A stretch of 64,000 bases of DNA. Origin: Nitrospirota bacterium (lineage in GTDB: Bacteria > Nitrospirota > UBA9217). The notes beneath the pieces are model-generated. The model was not told where the DNA came from. It did no database searches and saw only the letters and a list, made by a program, of their open reading frames with translations. Of the stretch, positions 10,419-21,223 are shown piece by piece. Where the stretch lies: NCBI GenBank assembly GCA_963751455.1, contig CAVVUN010000015.1:384001-448000 (forward strand). Direction: 5' to 3'. The position numbers and the translations under genes are program-made. Positions within the stretch are counted from its first letter, which is position 1. Each line of letters starts with the position of its first letter.

Positions 10419-10442
10419 ACAATGTATTTATAAGGAGTTTCC

Positions 10443-11558
10443 ATGCCCCATCCAGACTCACTCAAAGCGCCTCACGGCCACGGTCATTCGGCCGGCGACG
10501 GCAAGGAAAAGAAATATCTTCCCCGCCTGATTGCCTGGGAAGTGACCAGAACCTGCCTGCTGAACTGTGTCCATTGCCGTGCGTCGGCAAAGGCCGGACC
10601 GTATGAAGGAGAGCTCGATACCGGGGCCTGCCTCCGGTTTCTCGACGACGTCAAGTCCTTCAGCGACCCTATCATCATCCTGACCGGCGGCGAGCCGATG
10701 ACGAGGGCGGATATTTACGACATTGCCAAATACGGCACTAAGCTCGGTCTGCGCATGGTGATGGCCCCCTGCGGCCTGCTCGTAACCGAGGAACTGGCCC
10801 GGAAGATCAAGGACTCCGGCATCATGCGGGTATCGCTCTCGATCGACGGGTTGACCGCCGAGAGCCACAATGCATTTCGGCGGGAAAAAGGTGCGTTCGA
10901 GGGCGTGATGAAGGCGATAGAAAATTTCAAGAAGGTCGGTATGGAGTTTCAGGTCAATACCACCATCTCGAAACATAACGTCCAGGATTTACCGAAGCTC
11001 CTCGAGATGGTGATAAAGCTGGGTGCGGTGGCGTACCATCCCTTCCTGCTCGTACCTACGGGCCGCGGCAAGGAGATGATCGACCAGGAAATCCCGCCCG
11101 ATGAATATGAGAGTACGCTCAAATGGTTCTACGAGATGCGCGACAAAGTGCCGATCCAGTTTAAACCTACCTGCGCCCCTCACTACTACCGGATTTTCCG
11201 GCAGGGCGAAAAGGCGAAGGGCAAGACCGTGACGGCCGAGTCGCACGGGTTCGACGCGATGACCAAAGGCTGCATGGGCGGACAGAGCTTCGCCTTCGTG
11301 TCACATATAGGCAAGGTGCAGATTTGCGGACTCCTGGATGTAGAGGCAGGCGATATCAAAAAGGAGCCCTTCTCGAAGATCTGGAACACGTCGCGGCTCT
11401 TTCAGGAGATGCGCGACCTTGACCACTATCACGGCAAATGCGGGATCTGCGAGTATCGCAGGGTCTGCGGCGGCTGCCGGGCGCGCGCTTTTGCCATATC
11501 GGGCGACTACCTTGCTGCGGAGCCGTTCTGTACGTACGAGCCGGTGAGGGCCAGGTAG
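10443..11558 (+). CDS. ahbD: radical SAM/SPASM heme b synthase (alternative heme pathway)
   Basis: AWEVTRTCLLNCVHCRA, LTGGEP, PTCAPHYYR and the SPASM motif CGICEYRRVCGGCRARA...PFC. Confidence 0.8.
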   Translation: MPHPDSLKAPHGHGHSAGDGKEKKYLPRLIAWEVTRTCLLNCVHCRASAKAGPYEGELDTGACLRFLDDVKSFSDPIIILTGGEPMTRADIYDIAKYGTKLGLRMVMAPCGLLVTEELARKIKDSGIMRVSLSIDGLTAESHNAFRREKGAFEGVMKAIENFKKVGMEFQVNTTISKHNVQDLPKLLEMVIKLGAVAYHPFLLVPTGRGKEMIDQEIPPDEYESTLKWFYEMRDKVPIQFKPTCAPHYYRIFRQGEKAKGKTVTAESHGFDAMTKGCMGGQSFAFVSHIGKVQICGLLDVEAGDIKKEPFSKIWNTSRLFQEMRDLDHYHGKCGICEYRRVCGGCRARAFAISGDYLAAEPFCTYEPVRAR

Positions 11559-12125
11559 CTTCAAAGTTGACAGCGGGACTTCAACAAGGCCCCCGCATCT
11601 CTGTATACAAACCGTAGAGAAACTCCATCGTCCACTGGTTGGTTAAGCCGGAAATACAGCTTTGAGAAGGCCTTGATGGGAATCCGGACATTCCTCACTG
11701 TCATGATGATGGCGCTGCCCGTGCAACTCCTTGCGGATACGGAAAGAACAATCGAACCCCTGCCTGCGGAATTTACGATCAGGATGCGAACCCCCTGGCA
11801 CAGAAGGAAATCGAAACGCAGAGCACCGACAAGTTACGGTCTGCCCTGGAAATCTCATGACGAAAAGCGGCAAGCTACTAAGCGCGAAGTAACAAACGCC
11901 CCGGTTGCGCTGCCCGGTGAACGAAACACTATCTCGATATTTCTTGACGGAAAGCCGTTTGGCAAAGACGACCCATCAGGACCTGCCGTTCTATCTCGAA
12001 GTCCACGTTGACGGTGTAAAATACCGTATCATCTGTGTGCGTGTTGAAGAACCGATAGAAGGCGGAGAAGCAGGTGCGGCCGGCGGTGTCCATTCGAGCC
12101 CTGCTGCTTCCGGCATCGGTTCCCG

Positions 12126-12339
12126 CTAGTGTAGCGTCTCACAAACGACTGGTGTTATCATAGCGCGGCAGTAGGCCGCAACCAAACTTGTAGGGCAAGG
12201 CTTTAGCCTTGCTGAAAGCGCCGGAACAGCAGCAACCCTAAAGGGTCGCCCTACAAATTCATCAGCAAATATTTATGCGAAGATAAGTTTTCGATGAGAA
12301 ATCATCATAACACCGTCCATTTAAGAGACACTACACTAG
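12126..12339. mobile_element. IS630-like MITE containing a REP doublet
   Basis: 33-bp terminal inverted repeats (26/33) starting CTAGTGTAGYGTCTC, with CTAG at both ends; no ORF. Confidence 0.75.
12188..12256. repeat. inverted pair of GTAG-type REP sequences (REPIN-like)
   Basis: TTGTAGGGCAAGGCTTTAGCCTTGCTG and, on the reverse strand, TTGTAGGGCGACCCTTTAGGGTTGCTG. Confidence 0.8.
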
Positions 12340-12424
12340 AGAATCGCCTGGGAGCAGCTGTTTTCAGCTTTTTGGAAAAACGGCCCTTCACCGTGCGTGT
12401 TTTTTGAAGAAGGGGAGAACGAGA

Positions 12425-12928
12425 ATGAAAACAATTGTAAAACTGGGCTTGTTGTTCATCATCACGGCGGTTGTCGTATTTGCCGTTTATATCGTTCGGC
12501 AGGCATCCTCGCCTGAAAGCGCCATTATCGCAGGAGAGAGAGACAGCCTAGCCGCGCAACAGGACACGGACCGGATGGAAAAGGACCCGATTTACGCGAT
12601 TGATTCAGAGAACAAGTTAAGCATGCTGGACTTCCGGCTCGCCGAGGCTTATAACAGGGAAAAAAAACCCGAACAGGCGATCTTGGTGCTGCAGCGGCTG
12701 ATCGGGGAAGAAGAAGCAAAGGGACGAAGGGGCATTCCCCGGCAATCGCGCAGTTATCTGAAACAGGCCCGTTACTATGAAACGCTGCACGAATCCTATA
12801 ACCTTAAAGGCGACCAGGCTGCCGGGATGAAAGCATTGTCCACCCGCGAGCAACTTATGGCAAAAGCAACAGCACTCAGAAAGAGTGAAACAACGGAAGA
12901 AGGAAGATCAGTGCTGCCCCCGGATTGA
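12425..12928 (+). CDS. membrane-anchored helical (TPR-like) hypothetical protein
   Basis: N-terminal TM segment and helical repeat-like body. Confidence 0.65.
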   Translation: MKTIVKLGLLFIITAVVVFAVYIVRQASSPESAIIAGERDSLAAQQDTDRMEKDPIYAIDSENKLSMLDFRLAEAYNREKKPEQAILVLQRLIGEEEAKGRRGIPRQSRSYLKQARYYETLHESYNLKGDQAAGMKALSTREQLMAKATALRKSETTEEGRSVLPPD

Positions 12929-12992
12929 GATTTTAAAAATATCCGGTGCGCTATAAAGCGCTTCAGCGAACCTTCGCGAATGGGGTTCTCCC

Positions 12993-13892
12993 ATGAACCG
13001 ATGCCGCAACAAAGAACGGGACGTTTGGTGCTTGTTCTTTCTGATTTTTCTGATAACGGGCCGGTTTCTTGTTTGCCCGGTGCCGTCCTGCGCAGAGGAA
13101 GGCAGTGCAGAAACCGGCGTTCTTGGCAGGAAAACTACCGGATATGCCGATTTCGCCGGCGCCTGGAACCCGAAGGGGATCGGGATCCTGACCGGTGTTG
13201 ACTATCGAAACTCCTACCGCTACAGCCCCGAGTACGGTGCGGTGAGCGCCTACCGCCAAATCGGGCTCGGGCTCGGGGTCAACCCGGCCTATCTCCAACC
13301 GTCCATCAGCGCAGAATGGATGCCGGTTCTCTTCCTGGCGCTCCGCCTATCAGCCGACGGTTACTATTTCTACGGTTTGAACGGCGGCCTCCTTTCTTTT
13401 TCATCAGCGAATGATCCGTTTGGAAACAGCGTTCGCAGGGAGCGTGAGGGCACCGAGGAGTCCGGTTTCGGCACGAGGATCTTTGTGCAGCCCACGCTTC
13501 GGGCCAAGATCGGCGGCATCATTATCCGAAACCAGACCGACTACGGTTACTATCGGTTCCCGGGCAGAGGGCCGTATTTTCTGGAACTCGAATATGACAC
13601 GCTGCTGAAGGACAAGGACCGGCTTTTCGCGAACCGGACGCAGGCGCTTGCAGACCTTGGGAAAGGCCAAGCAGCGACCTTGCTTGGTCTTTTTTATGAA
13701 ACGGTGCGCGCGGATGCGGCCCATTTAAGCCGCAAACGGATAGGCATCCTGGGCTATACCGAGCAGGGACCCCACCTGGGATGGTTTCGCGCGACCCGCT
13801 ATTTTGGACAGGCCGGGTACAATCTGGAAGATCCGAACAGAGCGCACGAATTCTTTTTCGTTATCGGCGCGGGAGGCACGTTCGACTTATGA
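12993..13892 (+). CDS. hypothetical outer-membrane beta-barrel-like protein
   Basis: Signal peptide, Gly/aromatic-rich amphipathic strands, C-terminal GAGGTFDL. Confidence 0.65.
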   Translation: MNRCRNKERDVWCLFFLIFLITGRFLVCPVPSCAEEGSAETGVLGRKTTGYADFAGAWNPKGIGILTGVDYRNSYRYSPEYGAVSAYRQIGLGLGVNPAYLQPSISAEWMPVLFLALRLSADGYYFYGLNGGLLSFSSANDPFGNSVRREREGTEESGFGTRIFVQPTLRAKIGGIIIRNQTDYGYYRFPGRGPYFLELEYDTLLKDKDRLFANRTQALADLGKGQAATLLGLFYETVRADAAHLSRKRIGILGYTEQGPHLGWFRATRYFGQAGYNLEDPNRAHEFFFVIGAGGTFDL

Positions 13893-13936
13893 ATGAGCAA
13901 GGAACCGCAGGAGGCGCAATGGAACAGGCGACTCTG

Positions 13937-14383
13937 TCAGGTACTGCAGGGTAATTTAACCACCGTCAACCAAAAATCCTCAATTGATTTCACGACCTTC
14001 ATGAATTGCTCGAAATCGACCGGTTTTGTGACATAGCAATTTGCATACAGTTTATAGGACTTGAGGATGTCTTCTTCCGCCTTCGAGCTGGTAAGGATTA
14101 CTACCGGAATAAATTTCAGTTTCGCATTCGATTTGATTTCCTCGAGCACTTCCCTTCCGCTTTTTTTGGGAAGATTCAAATCCAGCAGGACAAGGTCGGG
14201 ACACGGAGAATCCTCGTATCCGGCCTCTCTTTTCAGGAATTTCATCGCCTCGATACCGTCCTGCGCTACATGCAGTTCATTTCGTATTTTCCCTTCGCTC
14301 AGCGCTTCCCGGACCAGTTCCACATCCCCGGGGTTGTCCTCTACGAGCAAAATATCTATCATTTTACCGTATTCTTTTTTCAT
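13937..14383 (-). CDS. single-domain response regulator (Rcp1-like)
   Basis: [33 protein letters not shown] and FWLTVVKLP motifs. Confidence 0.93.
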   Translation of the reverse strand: MKKEYGKMIDILLVEDNPGDVELVREALSEGKIRNELHVAQDGIEAMKFLKREAGYEDSPCPDLVLLDLNLPKKSGREVLEEIKSNAKLKFIPVVILTSSKAEEDILKSYKLYANCYVTKPVDFEQFMKVVKSIEDFWLTVVKLPCST

Positions 14384-14494
14384 AATGCCTCATCTCCTTT
14401 AAAAAATTCAGGCGCGAGGACGAGGACCATGAGAGAAAGTACAGGAGCGATCCTTTTCCTCGCGACGTGTGCTCCGTCGCTGCAAGGCCTAATA

Positions 14495-16817
14495 CTATTT
14501 TCTCCTGTCCCTAATCGTAAAGAAGAACGTCGACCCGGTCCCCGGCGTTGATTCAACCCAGATGCGCCCGTGATGGCGCTCAGTTATTCTCTTGCACAGG
14601 GCCAACCCGATGCCCGTACCCGGATATTCTTCACGGGAATGCAGCCGCTGAAATATCAGAAAAATACGGCCCCAATACAGCGATTCTATTCCGATGCCGT
14701 TATCCTGAACGGAAAATATCCATTCATCGCCCTTGCTCTTTCCGGATACATGGATCCGGGGGGGGACATCAGGCTTTCTGAATTTTATGCTGTTCCCGAT
14801 AAGATTCTGGAATAACTGTGATAGCTGTATTTCGTCTCCCCACACTCCAGGCAGTTGATCCCTGGTGACCACGGCCCCGTTTTCCTTAATCGCGACGGAC
14901 AGGTTCTTGACGGCCTGCGAAAATGATTTGTTCATATCGACATGCGTGAACGGCGCCCCCCGGGGAACCCGGGAGAATGCCAGCAGGCCGTCAATCAGTT
15001 TCTGCATCCGTTTGGCGCCGTCGACAGCGAAATATATGTATTTCAGCGCTTTGTCATCCAGCTGACCCGTGTATTTCCTTTCAAGGAGCTGAACGTAGCT
15101 TGCGACCATGCGAAGAGGCTCCTGGAGATCATGGGATGCGACATACGCGAACTGCTCCAACTCCTTATTAGAGCGTTCAAGCTCGGTAAGGAGCCGTTTC
15201 AGTTCGTCTTCGGACTGCTTGCGCTCGGTCACATCCTGGATGGTGACGACGGCCAGCAGGGGTTTGCCGTCACTGCTTCGCGCGAGGGTGCCTCCGTAGC
15301 TGAAGACGCGCACCCAGTCGGTCGCGTGCCGGCGAAGGGTCACTTCCCAGTTGCGAAGAGTTTCACCCCGAAGGATGCGTGATAACGGCCACTCTTCCAC
15401 GGGCAGGACGCCTGCCTCGGTAGAGAGTTCAAATATGTCGGCAAGTTCGGGCAGACGACGAAGGCCCTCTTCCAAACTGGCAAATCCGTGCATTGCAATC
15501 GCGGCCGGGTTCCAATGGAAAAGGTTGCCGTCCATGTCTGAAACGACGAGCCCGTCCGTAATATTATTCAGTACTATCTCGAGCTGCGCCGAGTATCTCT
15601 CCTGGTCCTGCTTGCTTTTCTGCAGTGCAGCTTCAGCGCGCTTTCTCTCGGTAATGTCCTGCACGGCCCCGATTATCCGGACTGGCCGGTCCCCATTGCC
15701 AAATATGACCTCGGCGTGTTCCAGTACAACGCGCTCGGACCCGTCCGGCCTCACAATCCGGTGCTCGATGCTGTACGGGCTCCTGGTCGAAACGGCCCGT
15801 GCAACCGAATTCGCAATCGGCTCCCTGTCTTCCGGATGGACGCTTTGGAAGAAAAGATCATTGGTTACTTCCACGTGACCAGGCTCGTATCCGAAGATGC
15901 GATACACTTCATCGGACCAGTGCAGCGGATTCGCGTTCACGTCGCTTTGGTTCAGAAACTCTATCTCCCAGGCGCCCAAGTGGGTCATTTGTCCGGCCTG
16001 CTTCAGGATCGCCTCGCTCCTCCGGAGCGCGTCCTCGGCCCGCTTGCGTTCCGCTATTTCTTTTGCAAGCTCGTCCCGGGAGACCGTAATGGACTGCAGG
16101 TTGGCCGCCATCCGGTCGAACGACCAGGAAAGTTCTCCGATCTCGTCATCGGTCTGTGTGCCTATCCGGTGGTCCAGGTTCCCTGAGCCGATGATGTTTG
16201 CTCCTTCCGAGAGCCGTGAAATAGAGCGTGATATTTTTCTGTTTATGGGAAGCAGGGTGCCGAGCGTGACCAAAACGGACCCGAAGAGAAGAACCAGAAT
16301 AACCGTATTTGCATTCACGCGCGTCCTTTTTCTCTCGGCAGACGTCATTTCATAAAGGCGGGATGCATCGAACGAGATATAACGCGCCCTGATGAGGATC
16401 TGGCCCGAGAGCCTGTCCTGCATTTCCCGTAAAAGGGCCGGATTAGACCGGAATGCCGGGTTTTTGTCCGCATCTATTCTGCGCGGTAAATATTTCGCGG
16501 ATTTCCCCTAAATTACGCCGGATTCTCTGGAGTACCTCGTCCTGCTCCAACGTTCCGAATTGTAAGTCCTTCATCAGCCCTGTCAGATCATCAAATATCA
16601 GATACCATTCGTTTTTTGCGCGGCCCTCCTTATAGAGGAGATAATAGTAGGTACGCTGATTCAGCTCCGTCATCTCCGACAGCAGAGAAAAAGCAATGGT
16701 ACTTTTGCTGTCCGCCTCATTCTGCCGTTGAATGGTTGAAGCCATAATGAAAATAATGACCACCATGGTGGCGATGGGTAGGAATATATTGATCGCTAAT
16801 TTTGTATTGAGTCTCAT
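14495..16817 (-). CDS. membrane HAMP-PAS-PAS sensor histidine kinase (split by a frameshift near 16440-16480)
   Basis: ORF 16443..16817 (TM plus periplasmic region) and ORF 14495..16423 (TM, HAMP, PAS, ASHDLQEPL H-box, HATPase GTGIGL). Confidence 0.88.
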
Positions 16818-17828
16818 TGCCTGCGTTTTCCGCGTATGCTGACTGCGTCCGGTTTTACACTTTGCAATCCCTCCGTGTAAATGAACCGGTTGAAGTCAGG
16901 AATGCTCTTTCTGTTTTTGTAATAAGTTTTTGAGCGCCCAACGCGCCTGGTCTTCCAAGTTAATCAGAAGCACTTCGCTTATCCGTATGTCGAAATTATA
17001 TTTTCCCCAGTCCCTCGCCAGGAGCTCGCGGTCAAAACGACCCAAATCAGAAGTTATGGCGATAGCCTCAACGGGGCTCTCTCTCATGAAGCGCTGGGCC
17101 CGCAAGAGACCGTTGAGTATTTTTTTTACGAGTTCGGGGTTGCCTGCTATAAATTCGCTTTTTCCGACTATATTCCAGGTCATGAGATAATTATTGTCCG
17201 AAAAAACGACGGCCTGAGCGCCGAATTTCTTCAGCAATGTCCCTACGGTAGGGGGCCAGGTTGCAGCTGCATCTATTTCCCCGGCCTCGAACGCGGCAGC
17301 CATGTTTTCGGGCTTAATATCCACCCGCGTGACACTGTTGTCCGGAATGCCGTGAAAGAGAAGAAAGGAATGCAGGAAGAATTCGCCGGTTGTCCCTTTT
17401 GTTACTCCTATCCTTTTTCCTCTGACGTCGCCGGCTTCGGAAATGCCCCTGTTTGTTAACCCGATAATCTTATGATGTTCATTCGAGTCGGATATGGTCG
17501 CGATTGCCGCTATGTTTCGATCGTTAATTCCGGCAAACATGAGAACAGTGTCCGCGATCGTGGCAAACCGGACCCTGCCTTCGTACATTGATTCCAGGGC
17601 AGCCTTGCCAGTTGTGTGCATTTTCAGGGAGACATCGAGGCCTTCATCCAAGAAAAAACCTTTTTTATATGCAATGAATATTGACGCCGAGGAGGGATCG
17701 AATGAAACACCCAGCCTGATTTTTTCCGCGATGGCAGGCGGTCTGCTCATAAACCTGGTAATGATGGCAGCCAGTACGGAAATAGTAAATATGGACACGA
17801 ACAGTATTATGATCTTTTTACGCACCAA
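16814..17828 (-). CDS. NMT1/SsuA/NrtA-like substrate-binding protein (frameshift near 16910)
   Basis: AYKKGFFLDEGL and GKRIGVTKGTTGEF motifs. An alternative frame gives the typical tail IPDFNRFIYTEGLQSVKPDAVSI, ending in a TGA that overlaps the kinase ATG. Confidence 0.85.
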
Positions 17829-18010
17829 TATTTCTCCGTGTCATGAAGCAGAAGCAAAGACTGACAATAACAAAACTCTTTTCATTATGATAAACCCTCT
17901 AAAAATGGCAAGTCAATACGTTTCAATTTTAAGCACATCCAAAATATTTTGCGACGAAAGAACTATACGGTTTCGTGATGAACCAGTACCACGAACAACG
18001 ACTTCGCGCT

Positions 18011-21000
18011 TCAATCCTTGTTGTCTTTCTTTCCTCTCTCGAAAAAGGGTGAAATGATTTCAACGGGAAGCTCTACGATATTTTTAAAGAGCTCCACAAT
18101 CCTTGAACCAACAACCGAAGGATCAAGGAAGATGACGTCAGGGTTCTCGAAATCGCCGGTAACTTTTACGGGTATGGAGACCAGAGTGCCGCCCAACAAC
18201 TTGCCGACGATGGGAATATGCCTGATGATCCAGTTGATGGTTGAAAAAGGCGCTACGAGAACGACGAGGTCCATTCGCCTGCTGGCAAAATCCACGCTGC
18301 CTTCAGCGATAAGGTCCACGGAAGATCCGGTTATGTAGGCCTGCTCAAGACGTAATTTTCCCTGGTGCAGTTTTCCTTTAAGCATTAACTTTTTATAGGG
18401 AAATCCGCTCCCTCCGAGGACTGGCGTCTTTCCACGAAAAATTTCGGTCACGCTCAGGACTGAAAATATCTTAGCCAGAGTCGGGGCGCGGTAGATTTTC
18501 CCGTTGCGGCTGGTAAAATCAACGTTGCCCTCCAGCGAGGATACCAGCGAGCCGCTTTTCCCCTGCATGCGCAGGTCCGCGTTGAGATCGTAATTTCCTG
18601 TGATGTGAACATTCAGACCTGTCAGGCAGCTGATGGAATATGCCAGCGGCTGATTTCTGATCGCAGGAGTGAACTCGACTTCGACGTTTTTATTGAATAC
18701 GGAAAAAGTGCCCGGCGCTGAAACTCCACACACCTCAGCCTCGGTAATTGCCGCACTGATGCCGGGAGGACCGAACGTAACCATGGCATTCAAGGGGCTG
18801 AAGGTATAACGGCCGTACGTCAGCGAGGAAGAGCCCAATTTGATCATTCCGGACAGCGCGCTTCTCTCTGTCCCTCCGGCTGCGCTCTCCCTGTTCGAAA
18901 TATTCTTCTCTTTTTCCCCCTGGTCTGCGGTTTTCAAAGCGTCCAGCAGTTTGTTGATGTTCACCTTGTCGTTCTCAAGGTCGAGGTCCACGATGAAACC
19001 ATTTTTTGAAGCGGAAACCTCTCCGGTGACGGAAAAATGGGACTCACCCCAGATAGCGACTGCGGAATCTATCACAAAGCTGTTTTTATCCGCATGCAGC
19101 AAAAAAGTGTTGAGCACGAGCGGTATGGCCATTCTGGAGGGAACAACGAAATCCTGACCGGTAAGTCTTCCGCGGGCGGAGGACTCAGGCGGGTTATCCG
19201 CTCTTATTTTCACGTGCAGATTGCCCTGTATCTTGCCGCTTCCGGACGTCGGGCTTCGTTCGAATATGCGTGTCATGCTCGCCTCGGCGAAGGTTCCGGA
19301 AAACGCAAATTCTATCGTGCTTCCACTTCCGGAATAGGAGATCGAGGCGTCCGAATCGCGGTCCTTGACTGAAGCCCGTCGGACCACGAGCTCCTCAGGG
19401 CTGCGGGAAAAATCAATTGAGATGTCCGGGCCGCCGCTAATGCTCGCGTTTCCAGCCATGGACAGCCCCGACGCTCTGTTCCACTGCAGATGCATGTCCA
19501 GAGATGAAATCGGATGTACGATCAGTTCATCGGGAAGAGTAAATTTTGTGAATACCCATCGAATTGCGTCACGACCCGAATCTTCCCCTTGACGAAAAGC
19601 TCTGCTGCGTCCGGTTCTGTCAGGAAATTCCGGACGAGAACCCGATAAGGATATGGATGAATCCAGCATGAGGGCAGAAACATCCTGGAAAGAAATCTCG
19701 CCTCCCGAAATACTGAAATTGCCTCCTTGCACCGCAGCCGGTCCCGGCAGCAGCGGAGAAGCGACTGTAATAGTATGAACACTTCCGGCAGCTGCCATCC
19801 GCCATGGCGTGCCATCCGTCGGTATAGTCCCTTTCATTGAGGTGAGCGTTACCGTTCCGTGAATTTCACTGATATCTTTGAATATCTCATCAAGACGGGG
19901 GAAGTATGATCGCCAGCCGTAAAGCTCTTCAAGTACAATGGCTGCGCTCCCGGAATATAATGCGAAGCCCCTCTTTTTGCCCCATGAATATTGTGCTGTA
20001 ATCCCTGACGCCGAAGATTTACCCAGGGAGGCCGACAGGCCACTTACCTCGACCCTGGTGCCCTCGACGGAAAACAGACCGCTTGCGGAAGCGAGTGAAG
20101 GGAAAAACGATGAAGCGACCGCAACTTTCTCGGCCTTGCCGCGGATCTCGATTTCCCAGTCGGAAGGCTTTGCAAGCAAACCTTTCACCCGGAGTGAAGA
20201 GAAATTTATAATGCCCTTCAGTGATGTAATTGCCTTAAGATACTCGCGCCCTGCCGGGTAAGACGAAAACCATCCAAACAACTGATCGAGCGCCAGGGTG
20301 CCTCTTCCGGAATCAATCGAAAGAACGCGCGGCTTCGCTCGTGTGACGACAGCAGACAGTCCCGCAAGCGAAGACCTCCCGACGGAAAGCGAGAGATTTT
20401 TTACTGCGGTTTCAGATTCGCGCAGCGAGACCGATGAGCTCACCGAGACCGCCCCCCAGGGCTCCGAGTCGGCCGTAAGAGAGAAGATGACATCGCCGGG
20501 AGGGGCAATAATACGGACATTGAGATTGCGAAGCAAAAGGATCGTGCCGGCTTTGTCGGAGACTGTCAGTTCTCCGCCGTGTATCAGAAATACAAGCCCC
20601 GGCGCGGCTGCTTCGAGGGACGATACTGCGGGCCCTATTGCTGCTTCAAGTTCTTCTAAAGCGCCTTCTTGTTGTCGCGCAGTACGCGGTCTTTTTTTTC
20701 GGGCAGTCTGACCGTAAAATCAGGCTGCTCAAATATCATCTTCGCGATCCTTACGTTCCCTTTAAATAACGGAGCAATTTGCGGGTACAGGCTCAGGGAC
20801 TTCATTTTTCCTGATGTATTCCGGATTGCGATGTCCGGATCACGGAAAACGAGGTGAGGATCGGGGAAGAGGGCAAAGTCCAGTTTCCGGTAATCCACTT
20901 CTCCGTGGATTGCGCCGGATACGGACCCGCGAATTTTTGCTTTAACGTCAGGAGAATTAAGGACAGCAGGCGCAAGAAAAAAAACAGCAGCCAGCAGGCC

Positions 21001-21057
21001 GGCCGCTGTGCCGAGTACAAGTACGCCCCAGATCGCCAGTTTTTTTCGTCGGCCCAT
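18011..21057 (-). CDS. AsmA/YhdP-like protein (frameshifted)
   Basis: N-terminal TM ORF 20656..21057 plus ORF 18011..20536 with an AsmA-like C-terminus (IPIVGKLLGG...VKVTGDFENP). Confidence 0.8.
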
Positions 21058-21223
21058 CTCGCACGCTCCCTATTCTTTATTATTATACCTTTTGTGTCAG
21101 AAAATCCGAAACTGCTCAAACAGGGAGTGTGCAGTCGAAACCGTGCAGGGTCTGTCAATCTTGAAGGGTTTGTAATAGAAAAGAATTACTAAATAAGAAT
21201 TGCTTTGCGCAGTTTCTGGCGGG

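Noticed and set aside
11643-12129. Overlapping short ORFs after ahbD
   Set aside because: No recognisable motif and inconsistent frames; possibly a decayed gene ending at the MITE, but not supportable.
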